DNA of 64,000 nt, from the NCBI RefSeq assembly GCF_964213995.1, contig NC_135810.1, forward strand, positions 24,304,001 to 24,368,000. The letters are read 5' to 3'. The notes under the pieces were generated by a model. The model saw only the letters and a program-made list of their open reading frames with translations. It made no database searches and was not told the origin of the DNA. Below, piece after piece: positions 12,620 through 23,740 of this stretch; position 1 is the first letter of the stretch; every line of letters begins with the position of its first letter. Source of the DNA: Mustelus asterias. Taxonomy: Eukaryota. The position numbers were made by a program, and so were the translations under genes.

Positions 12620-13709
12620 ATTTCCCCCTGGGAGCAGTACCAGGTCAATGCCAGGGTATTGCCTGGATATGTCCCTCTGCGCCCCCCCCCCCCCACCCCC
12701 CCCCACCCCAGGGCTGTACTTTTCTGTGTGCCTTGGGTGGTTTCACTTTGCCTGGTTGCCGTTTTCACAAAGCTGTTGTAAATCTCATTGATGTGACATC
12801 ACATCGGCAAGGGGGGGGATCCCAATGTGGGGACACCATATGGCAGGAAAGCCCTTTAATGATATAACTTACTTAAATGAAGCTCCCAACCTTTCTAGGG
12901 AGCGACTTCATTACGTCAATGGCAGGGACAATCACACCACGAGATCTCATCGCCATGGTTCTCATTTTGGAGCTTTCTGGGTGATCACGAGTGCTCCAAA
13001 TGTTATCGTGTTTTGCTGTCATACCAAAATAGTTTTATTCCTTTAGGGTAAACCATTAGTTAAAAAAAGAGGGGGATGGTATGATATGATGTGCATGCAC
13101 CTTTAAGGAACATGCTGTCAATAATTTCTACCTCTACAGGATATGATGTATTGAACCCAAGACTTGTAGGCAGTCTGTAAACTGCAGTTATTGAGGACAG
13201 ATACGTGCCTCAAAGTGTCCCAATTAAATCTGTCTGTCGTCCTATCTTCAATAAAGAATTCACATTAGTGTGTGTCCAATACATGTGTATGATTGGGATG
13301 TTTATGTCAAAGAAAAGAAGAATGTATTACCCATGTACTTTTAGTTCCAGTCTTGGTGTTTGCTTAATCTAGTTCCAAAAAATTCTTGTTCTGTATTTTG
13401 TCAACAGCAAAATCGTCAGCTCAAAGGAATAGATCCCCACCCACGTTAGTGCCATTGTTGTAACACCACAGTAGCTGCTGCTATTCCCATGGCTACCTAC
13501 TGCTATTATACAATCAATTTAAACTTTCTTCTTTAGTAAATCTCTAGCTAAAATGTAAGTATTTTTCTAAATGGAATCAGCTTTGAAACTCCCGTAGTTT
13601 TCATTACGGCCATTTTATTTCTCCTCCAGAGGATCTGATGCCTTCCTGGGTTACAGTTGCACAGGCACTTGGCACACCCTAAAATATAATGTACAGCCAT
13701 GCTTCAGTG

Positions 13710-13905
13710 ACAATGGTTCTCCAATGCCTCACAACTGCTGTCTCACAGCGCCAGGGACCCGGGTTCGATTTCAGGCCTTAGGTGACTGTGCGGAATTTGC
13801 ATGTTCTGTCCATGTCTGCGTGGATCCAGTTTCTCACACAGTCCAAAGATGTGCAGGTTAGGTGGATTGGTCATGCTAAATTGCCCCTTAGTGTCCAAAG
13901 ATGTG
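13710..13905 (+). mobile_element. V-SINE, partial
   Basis: cacagcgccagggacccgggttcgatt...gtccaaagatgtgcaggttagg. Confidence 0.8.
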
Positions 13906-14201
13906 GAATTTAATCTGCTATTATTCCTGGGAACACAACTAGGTTTAGCATCTTCTGATATCTCTTGGCTGAGATTTGGATCATACCGTGTGAGAGTTTC
14001 TTCGGCATAGCTAGGTTAGCATGGGAACTCTGAGGCATCTATAATTTTATCATATGACTTTGATTACTTAAGGAAATGTAAACAATTTAAGAGGCAAGTT
14101 CATACTTATTGTGACTGCTGACCAGGAGTTGATGGGGACAATGAGATCCACTTTCACCTCTAACCATAGTGGTTAGCAATGCTAACCACTATGCTACCGT
14201 G

Positions 14202-14570
14202 GGGCGGCACGGTAGCATAGTGGTTAGCACTGCTGCTTCACAGCTCCAGGGACCTGGGTTCGATTCCCGGCTCAGGTCACTGCCTGTGCGGAGTTTGCAC
14301 ATTCTCCCCGTGTCTGCGTGGGTTTCCTCCGGGTGCTCCGGTTTCCTCCCACAGTCCAAAATGTGCAGGTTAGGTTGATTGGCCAAGCTAAATTGTCCCG
14401 GGTTGTGTAGATTAGAGGGATTAGTGGGTAAATATGAGGGTTAGAAGGATTAGCAGGTAAAAAAAAATGTAGGGTTAGGGGAATAGGGCCTGGGTGGGAT
14501 TGTTGTCAGTGCAGACTCGATGGGCCGAATGGCCTCTTTCTGCACTGTAGGGTTTCCATGGTTTCTATAC
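14202..14570 (+). mobile_element. V-SINE (HE1-like), full length, CR1-type tail
   Basis: Head gggcggcacggtagcatagtggttagc (A box), ggttcgattccc (B box), V-domain tgggtttcctccgggtgctccggtttcctcccac. Confidence 0.92.
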
Positions 14571-15623
14571 CTAGGGTAGGGACAGCAACACATCAGCGAG
14601 GATGGCTTCTCAGCCATGGTGCTTGCCTATAATATGCAACGATGCCTTGCAGAAATTGCAGGGGTGATGAGGGGAGGATTACCAATCGATATGCATTCTA
14701 ATCAGCATCCTTCCAGGGGATTGCTGGAGGGGTCCACTAAAAATACATATTTTCTTCTTGAAATGACCTTAATTGGAAACAGGGAGGCTGCAGGAGTTCT
14801 TTATCCAGCTCTGCAGTGCCAATGCTGTTGGCCTGTTCACCCCATCCCCTTCCCCTCTATTGCAAAATGTTTATTTCTTGAACTAGTTTACGCCCTTTAA
14901 CATGCAAACTAAAAAGTCTACTCAGGTTGAAACGACTTACAGCAGATAAATGCTCACTTCCTACCTCTGAAATCCATTTCCACTCTTTCTTTTTGTTTGA
15001 GATACAAATTTGTTTCCTTCAAATCACTTCGGCAAAACTTTGAATGTCATTTTCATTGTGTAGCAACAAACGCGATTTTATCACACAGGTATCAACAGGG
15101 TTGATATCCTTAGCAATGTCAGCTCAATGACTCCTGGCCAAGTGGTAGGGTTTGTACCATTTGGCTGCTTACATGGATGAGCATTGAAATGCCTGGCTGT
15201 GAAGCTAAATTAAATCCTTGCCCTTGAGGTGAAAGGTTCTGCTTTTGCAAGCACCTCACAGCGGGCTGCTCGCAATCGGAAACAGCTATGAATAAGGTCT
15301 CATTCACATAGCATGTCAAAATGAAGATGCCTGCTGTATTCATACAAATAGTAATTTGTGGATTTTTTTTTTGAAGCAAGCTATTTTCAGAGTAATTTTT
15401 GGAAAATTCATCTATTCATGCTCAAGTTGTGGCCTTGTGGGACATTATTTTCTAAATCTGTTCCGGATTCTTTATTTGACACATTGTTTCAAATTTTGAG
15501 AGTGAAATAAGTTGTTATTTATTCAACATATTCTGTAATTTCCTTTTTTTGCTCTTGTAGGTGGCCATCACAGCAGTGTGGCATCATTCTGCAATTTAAA
15601 GTTTCCTTGTTTTGTCCTCAATT

Positions 15624-15952
15624 GGGGCGGCACGGTGGCACAGTGGTTAGCACTGCTGCCTCACAGTATCAGGAACCTGGGTTCAATTCCGGCCTCGAGT
15701 CACTTTCTGTGTGGAGTTTGCATATTCTCTCTGTGTCTGTGTGGGTTTCCTCTGGGTGCTCCGGTTTCCTCCCACAGTCCAAGGATGTGCGAGTTAGGTT
15801 GATTGGCGGTGCTAAATTGACCCTAGAGTCAGGGGGATTAGCAGGGGTTATGTGGGGTTATGGGGATAGGGCTTGGGTGGGATTGTGGACAGTGCAGACT
15901 CGATGGGCCAAATGGTTCCCTTCTGCACCGTTAGTGTTCTATGATTCTATGA
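15624..15952 (+). mobile_element. V-SINE (HE1-like), full length
   Basis: A/B boxes, V-domain and ttctatgattctatga tail. Confidence 0.92.
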
Positions 15953-15977
15953 TTTGTGGTTCAGGAAATAATGCAAT

Positions 15978-16226
15978 ACACGTACCAACCAACTCAAGAA
16001 CAGCTTCTTCCTTGCTCCCATCAGACTTTCGAATGGACCTATTATATATTAAGTTGATCTTTCTCTAAATCCTATCAGTAACTGTGACACTATATTCTGT
16101 ACTCTCTCCTTTCCTTCTCCCCTATATACTCTATGGACGGTATGTTTGTCTGTCTAGCTCGCAAGAAACAATACTATTCACTGCATCCCAATATATGTGA
16201 CAATAATAAATCAGATCAAATCAAAT
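15978..16226 (+). mobile_element. Rex1/Babar LINE 3' end
   Basis: accaaccaactcaagaacagcttcttcc (RTN.LKNSFF) and tail tgtgacaataataaatcagatcaaatcaaat; homologous to 17438-17965. Confidence 0.8.
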
Positions 16227-16459
16227 AATTATATAAAATTAATTTACTTTTCCTGCGATCAGGCAATTTATCATTGTTTTGTGATGCAAACAGCGGATAC
16301 TCAACAAAACCAAAGAGCAACATCACACCTATGATGTGAGAAATGTCTTTCGACACCTCACAAATCATTACACTTAACGGATACAGAAACCAAGTTTGAA
16401 GGCAGAAACACAAAAACAAAATTGGTGAAGTGATGGATTTTGAGAGGCTTTCAAAATAG

Positions 16460-16820
16460 GGGGAGGTGATGGCCTAGTGGTATTATTGATAAACTATTAT
16501 TCCAGAAAATCAGCAAAAGTTCTGGGGACTCAGGTTCCAATCCCACCACAGCAACTTGTGGAATTTGAATTCAATAAAAAACATCTGGAATTAAGAATCT
16601 ACTGATGACTGTGAAACCATTATCAATTGTTGTAAAAACCCATTTGGTTCACTAATGTCCCTTTAGGGAAGGAAATCTGCCATCCTTACCCACTCAGGCC
16701 TATATGTGATTCCAGAGCCTCAGCAATGTGGTTTACTCTCAACTGCCAAGGTCAACTGGGGATGGGCAATAAATGCTAGCTAGCCAGTGATGCCCACATC
16801 CCACGAATGAATAAAAAAAA
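16460..16820 (+). mobile_element. tRNA-derived SINE, second family
   Basis: tggcctagtgg (A box), ggttccaatccc (B box), tail gccagtgatgcccacatcccacgaatgaataaa; second copy at 25338-25655. Confidence 0.75.
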
Positions 16821-17437
16821 GAAGGGAAAGGTTTGGGTGAGGAGTTCCGCAGAATACAACCAAGGCCCCTCAACACTGTGCTACCAACGATGGGCCAAAA
16901 AGACAGAAATGCACAGGAGGTTAGAGTCAAAGCACTAGATCATTCAGATGGAGATGTAAGGTGAGAAGAAATGGGGTGGAAGACATATGGACAAGGGCAA
17001 GAATTTTAACACGTCTTGAAGGACCACCAGTGATTTGTGGTCAGCTGTTGAAAATCGAGAGCTTCCTGTGTATACTTGGGTCACCCTTTTATATTTGTCT
17101 GGCTGCTCTACAGTAAAGTATCCTGTGATGGTTGTCAACCACATACAGCAGTGCAAATTAATCCTCTGTATGTTTACTCTTCAGATGCTTTAAAATCTTG
17201 TTTTCAATTCAACCATTGTTGTTTTAGTGAAAGGGTGAAAGCAAGTGCTAAATGGAAGCACTGTTAATATGCCTACTTGAAAGTCTGTTTTTGGCACGTA
17301 AATTTGCTCCTACTTGTTCATCTCCATCATTTGAAGTTGTCTGGAGCTGGTAAAGCAGGGGAATCTGTTTTGCCATTCCTCCCTCTTCTGCAGTAACTTA
17401 AAAGCCCTGTTTGACTTCATCTCTTCCTTGCATCCTT

Positions 17438-17965
17438 GGATTTGATTTGATTTATTATTGTCACATGTATTAGTATACAGTGAAAAGTATTATTTCTTGC
17501 ACACTATACAGACAGAGCATACCGTACATAGAGAAGGAAATGAGAGAGTGCAGAATGTAGTGTTCCAGTCATAGCTAGGGTGTAAAGAAAGATCAACTTA
17601 ATGCAAGGTAAGTCCATTCAAGAGTCTGATGGCAGCAGGGAAGAAGCTGTCCTTGAGTCGGTTGGTACATGACCTCAGACTTTTGTATCTTTTTCCCGAC
17701 GGAAGAAGGTGGGAGAGAGAATGTCTGGGGTGCATGGAGTCTTTAATTATGCTGGGTGCTTTTCCGAGGCAGCGGGAAGTGTAGACATAGTCAATAGATT
17801 GGAGGCTGGTTTGAGTGATGGACTGGGCTACATTCACGACCCTTTATAGTTTCTTGTGATCTTGGACAGAGCAGGAGCCATACCAAGCTGTGATACAACC
17901 AGAAATGGTGCTTTCTATAGAGCATCTGTAAAAATTGGTGAGAATCATAGTGGACATGCTGAATT
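17438..17965 (-). mobile_element. Rex1/Babar LINE 3' fragment
   Basis: ORF 17598-17837 IIKDSMHPRHSLSHLLPSGKRYKSLRSCTNRLKDSFFPAAIRLLN; (caaat)n tail. Confidence 0.88.
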
Positions 17966-19105
17966 TCCATTCCCCCTGCAGATTAAGAATGACCTTATAA
18001 AGATACAGATGACCAATGACTCAATTTGCTCTGGTGAGCCTAAGGTCTCCAATCAGGTAGAGTAGCATTACATTTACTGGCTTTTGATGGAGTTCATAGC
18101 AAATTTCAAAATTACTTGTTAATGCCAGTGAAGTATTGACAAAATGTCTCAGAAAATCTTTTGATGTGTTTCAAAAAGCCTCTCCAAGCATTCAGCTGAA
18201 TTGAACAATAAAATATGATGTACCCTTAAGTAGTGCTTGAAATCCTCGGTGCCAACTTGTTTACTCCCAGTCAACTGGTTGTTGTTAAGTAAGGGCATGA
18301 GTTCAAGAGCTAGCTACAAAAATAATATGCAACTTGTTTAATGAGTGCTAGAGTGCAATTTAAGAGGTAATAAATCATTTAATGATCCCCTAGCATAAGC
18401 TTCAACTCTTCTACCAGGGTTAAGGCTTGGCTGAATGTGGCTTTCAATTATGTTTCAGTTTAGGACCCCTTCTTTGCCACCTTGGAAGTTCATAAGCATC
18501 AAAAGTATCCGGGGAAAATCAGCTCCATTAACTTTAAGCTTGAACTGGAATTAAATAATTCATGTTATTATTCTTCACAGGTGAAATTTCTGTCTAATCT
18601 TCAAATAATTACCCTTTGGAAAAGTAGGATATAGCACAAGTTTGCTTGTGTTTTGTTATCTTATCATCAGTGTTCATTTTTTAATGGCAGTAATCTGTGC
18701 AGTGTTCAATGCTGGCTAATAATATCATTCATAAAATTCACATCAATCATACTGTGCTCCAGGCACAAATACATGGAGATGGCAAAATATTGTCACAACG
18801 ATGTACCTTGTGCATGATTGATATCAATCTGTAATTTCAGCAGCTGACCATATATTGGACTGTTTATAAAGGACTTTAGGAAAGCAAGAAAATACACTGA
18901 CTTAAGATGGATGCCACAAGTCACCTGACATCTGGCATTGTAAATGACTGGTTTCTGGAAAGTTCCAATGCATATTACAATTCAGACTTCAATGGAAATT
19001 CACAGCTGCTTATGTCAAGAACGCCTTCAAAAAAATGTATTGGGAATGGTCCCGGCATCTCTCATCTGCATTCCTATAAGGGCACCTACCAAGTGGAGAG
19101 AAAAG

Positions 19106-19229
19106 GGGAGGGATTTTACAGCTTCACTCGACCTGAGACCGGAAAATCACATCCGAGGTCAATGGACCTTCCTACTGTTCGCCCCTCACCTGCTCCGATT
19201 CACGTGGTGAGTGGAGCGGGAGAATTCCA
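19106..19229. mobile_element. Short MITE
   Basis: Reverse-oriented relative of 3797-3909 (gaggtcaatggacc). Confidence 0.6.
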
Positions 19230-20664
19230 TTGAAAATCTCTACTCAGACAATTGCTACACAGATAGATGTTTTTCCTATTAAATCATGATGGACCATGAA
19301 TTATTCAGAAATTAATGGCTGGGACATTATAGGCCCTGGGGCAATAGCCAGAGTTGGCTCAGTCATCAGGTTAACAAGTAACTTCTGAAAACTGTATGGG
19401 GGATAGGTCATGTGACTGAAGTAACTATTTTAAATAAAACCTGCTAAAATGGGAGTAGTCTGTAAACACTGCCATTGAAGCAGCAACAAGTTTACTTCTC
19501 TTTGCTCCCTTAAGTTAAGGCCCTGGCCGCAATTTCCCCGTTTTCAGGCTAAAAGCTTCCGTGAGCGTGAAAGTGGGAGTGAATTGAGTGATTCACCCAC
19601 CTGATGGATGCAAATATCTGCACCCATGATTCACGCTGGCCAGCCCCACTGTTCAGAGATCGGGAAGCCATTTTTAAAGAGTACCCCAATCTCCGTGTTC
19701 ATTGACAGGTTCCCCCTTCCCCCCCAAAAAATTGCTGCCACCTCCATGCTGACCAGGCAAGATGACCAACCCCAAGCAAAGATGGTCATTTCCCCCCTCC
19801 CCTCGACCGCTCAAATAATGGGTCACCCCTTAAACCACATAAGCATGATGGTGACCAGAGTTGACCCCCCTTCAGCCCCACTCCTCCCTTAGACTCCCAC
19901 CCAGGCCCACCTTCAGGCCACGCACTTTGGTAGTACCATTGGTGCTGCCTGGTGTCTTGGACTCTGAAGGGGATCAAGGAGATAAGTCCCCATGTGCATT
20001 CTGCCATTCCCATGCTGTAGCAGAAGGGTAGCTCAAGAGTCCTGGGAGTTGGGTGGGCTCGGGCTGGGGGGTGGGGGCACCTCCCTGATATGGGGTTCGT
20101 GTGGCTGAACTGCCCCTTCTAGCCTTGACAGATCGGAAGATCACCCCTGGCACGGTGATTACAGGCAGTTCTGTGATCATCACCTCCATTTCTGCCTTCA
20201 GCTGTAAATATTTCAAATAGTCTGGTCACTTTAATCCCTATGGCCCCTGAACAGGTGGCAAGTTTTTAAATCACATCAGCATTCCATTCTGCAGTAGGGA
20301 TTTCCCTTTTTCTCTGTCAGAATCTACAGGTATGAGCAGACCTTTTTGAAGTCCTCTGAGAGAGAGGATCGCCGGAATTCTTTGGCCCTTCACTCCGGTG
20401 GGATTCTCCTTTAAACCTGAACAGAGCTCTCTTTCTGAGCTGCTGCTTGCATTGATGAAAGATGATGGACTGATTGGCAGTATAGGAGGGCACTGGTACA
20501 GGTTCCTCCAATTGGGGGTCATGTGATGTGACCCCCCCACTTCTTCTCTTTGGGCTTTGTCAAAGAATGTATATTCCTTTATCTCAGGTCTTGAGGTCGT
20601 TAATGCTCCAACCGTGAAGCACATTAAAGAGTAATTTGAGATGTGAAATATGATGCATTTGGCA

Positions 20665-21085
20665 ATCATGTGAGAAGGTTGCGCATTCAAGTATCACTCC
20701 AGGGACTTGGGTACAAAAAATATAGACTGTCACTTTGCCTAGCACTGAGGAAGAGCTGTACTGTTGGAGGTGCCTTGTTTTGAATTGGACATTAAACCCA
20801 AGCCACATCTAATCTACTCAGCTTGATGTAAAAGATTCAATGGCACTGTTTTGAAGAATTTCAGGGAGTTCCGAGTATCCTGGCCAATCCATCCCTCAGT
20901 CAACATCAGCAAAACAGACTGCTATCGTTTTGTGGTTTGTGAGAGCTTGCAGTGTGCAGGGCGGCTGCTGCCATTCCTACATTACAACAGTGACTCGAAT
21001 TCAGAAATATTTCATTGGCTGTAAAGCACTTTGAGACATCCTGGAGTCATAAAAAGGGGCTGCAGAAACGCAAATCTGTTTTTAT
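20665..21085 (+). mobile_element. Deu-domain SINE (SacSINE1/AmnSINE1-like)
   Basis: gatgtaaaagattcaatggcactgttttgaagaa...tcctggccaat and L2-type tail ctgtaaagcactttgagacatcctgg. Confidence 0.75.
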
Positions 21086-21191
21086 AAATTTTATTTATCT
21101 TTGCTAATTTATTCTGAAGCTTGGGGCATTATGCCTTCAACTTGGAACAAAATCATTTCAGAGAAGTTCATTGATTTATTTTCTTTTTGTA

Positions 21192-21485
21192 AGTTTATTT
21201 ATTAGCGCCACAAGTAGGTGTACATTAACATTGAAGTTACGGTGAAAATCCCCTAGTTGCCACACTCTGGTGCCTGTTCGGGTACACTGAGGGAGAATTT
21301 AGCATGGCCAATGCACCCAGCCAGCACATCTTTCAGATTGTGGAAGAAACTGGAGCACCCGGAGGGAAACCCACACAGACACGGGGATAATATGCAGACT
21401 CCACACAGACAGTCATCCAAAGCGGGATATCGAAACCAGGTCCCCGGTGCTGTGAGGCAGCAGTGCTAACCACTGTGCCTCCATC
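21192..21485 (-). mobile_element. V-SINE, alternative-tail subfamily (tail B)
   Basis: V-SINE head and V-domain followed by ctaaattctccctcagtgtacccgaacagg...aataaataaac. Confidence 0.85.
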
Positions 21486-22451
21486 AGCCAGTGAAAGCCT
21501 GCTATGTGTAATATATATCAAAATAACATACATTTGCTAAATATGAGGAACGGTAGCCACGATACCAACCCCTCATTCCATGACCTGCAGGAGAGATTTG
21601 GATGCTGTTTAAAAAACATTGAATGTGCCCAGTTTTCAAGTCCAGTTTTCTCTTTATTTCTGCACTGCCTCAGCCCCTCTCCACCTCCCTGTAACTCTTG
21701 GGGCTGCTAACATTGTATTTCTGTGCTCGGCAATACTCAGTGGATTGTAATCTTATTAGGTAGTCGTCTGTTGCCAAAGTCTGTACTTACACCTGACAGA
21801 CGACTGGAGGCCCTGATCAGAATCAAATAGAACATGTTGGCTGTAGTACTGAGATGTGTTGGCGAACAAGACAACAAACTGCAGCATATAAATTAGAGCC
21901 AGGGCGCTGCTTTCTCCAGTCCTCCAGAGAAGTGCTAGTAAGACCTATGCATTCAGGAATAAATCGGAACAATTCCACCAAAGCTTTGTTTCATCCCGAT
22001 ACTTGCTTCTAATTTACAGCTCCAACACATCACTGTTATCATCTTTCGCTATGAAGTCAATCAATAATGACGGATAACTTGAAGATGAATTTAACATGCG
22101 TCATCCACAAGTGACGTGATGGAGCCAAAAACAAGAACCCTGCAACATTAATCTTTGACAGAATTATCTTTCAAATTTACATGCTTTATTATGCTGACCT
22201 ATGATATATGTAGCGTGCCAATACAAAATGCAGCATACAATGAAATATTGTCCAAACAAAATTGCCTGCATGCATTTTCCCAATAGAATTGTGTTGTTGT
22301 TTATTCTACAATGCTAACTGCAGTAAGACAAAACTGCTATTTTTTTCCTGTTTATAAAATGCATTATCTTCAGCCGTTGCCTTCCTACAGATGCTTATTA
22401 ATAATCATAATTGTGTGCATCAGTATTATTTAATTTTAAAAAAAACTTATT

Positions 22452-22745
22452 AAAGTTTATTTATTCGTGTCACAAGTAGGCTTACATTACTGCAATTAAG
22501 TTACTGTGCAATTCCCCTAGTTGCCACACTCTGGTGCTTGTTTGGGTACACAGGGAGAATTTAGCATGGTCAATGCACCTAACCCACACATCTTTTGGAT
22601 TGTGGAAGGAAACCGGAGTACCCGGAGGAAACCCATGCAGACACAGGGACAACGTGCAGATTCCACAAAAGCAGTGACCCAAGCCAGGAATCGAGCCCAG
22701 GTCCCTGGCGCTGTGAGGCAGCAGTGCTAACCACTGTGCCACCAT
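22452..22745 (-). mobile_element. V-SINE, tail B
   Basis: As above; tail gtaagcctacttgtgacacgaataaataaac on the minus strand. Confidence 0.85.
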
Positions 22746-22840
22746 CACCAGAACAGCAATTAAACACATCGCAATAACTTTGCAAAAGTCATTGGGTGGA
22801 ATTTAGCGGGTCAAGGGCCTCTGTGAAAGGGGGACATGGT

Positions 22841-23740
22841 ACATAGAACATAGAACATAGAACAGCACAGCACAGAACAGGCCCTTCGGCCCACGATGTT
22901 GTGCCGAGCTTTATCTGAAACCAAGATCAAGCTATCCCACTCCCTATCATCCTGGTGTGCTCCATGTGCCTATCCAATAACCGCTTAAATGTTCCTAAAG
23001 TGTCTGACTCCACTATCACTGCAAGCAGTCCATTCCACACCCCAACCACTCTCTGCGTAAAGAATCTACCTCTGATATCCTTCCTGTATCTCCCACCACG
23101 AACCCTATAGTTATGCCCCCTTGTAATAGCTCCATCCACCCGAGGAAATAGTCTTTGAACGTTCACTCTATCTATCCCCTTCATCATTTTATAAACCTCT
23201 ATTAAGTCTCCCCTCAGCCTCCTCCACTCCAGAGAGAACAGCCCTAGCTCCCTCAACCTTTCCTCATAAGACCTACCCTCCAAACCAGGCAGCACCTTGG
23301 TAAATCTCCTCTGCACTCTTTCCAGCGCTTCCACATCCTTCTTATAGTGAGGTGACCAGAGCTGCACACAATATTCCAAATGTGGTCTCACCAAGGTCCT
23401 GTACAGTTGCAGCATAACCCCACGGCTCTTAAACTCCAACCCCCTGTTAATAAAAGCTAACACACTATAGACCTTCTTCACAGCTCTATCGACTTGAGTG
23501 GCAACCTTTAGAGATCTGTGGATATGAACCCCAAGATCTCTCTGTTCCTCCACAGTCTTCAGAACCCTACCTTTGACCCTATAATCCACATTTAAATTCG
23601 TCCTACCAAAATGAATCACCTCACATTTATCAGGGTTAAACTCCATTTGCCATTTTTCAGCCCAGCTTTGCATCCTATCTATGTCTCTTTGCAGCCTACA
23701 ACAGCCCTCCACCTCATCCACTACTCCACCAATCTTGGTG
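22841..23740 (-). mobile_element. CR1 (HER1-like) LINE, 5'-truncated, open ORF2 C-terminus
   Basis: 264-aa ORF 22927-23721 (WQMEFNPDKCEV, LVRPHLEYCVQ, FFTQRVV); (gttctat)n tail. Confidence 0.95.

Larger units (their letters stand above)
7770..13330 (+). mobile_element. Decayed Gypsy-type LTR retrotransposon (gag and protease remnants only) with nested MITEs
   Basis: LTRs 7770-8033 and ~13077-13330 share gatatgatgtgcatgcacctttaagga and aataaagaa.cacatta; PBS TGGTGGCAGGGTGG at 8034 (tRNA-Leu-like); PPT aaaaaaagaggggga at 13062-13076; knuckle-like CPAFN..ACG..GYW..QC ~11180-11250; protease KLDTGARAN ~11516-11542. Confidence 0.8.

Noticed and set aside
14202-14275. tRNA genes
   Set aside because: The A/B-box regions are SINE heads fused to V-domains and occur more than 15 times; no proper cloverleaf was seen.
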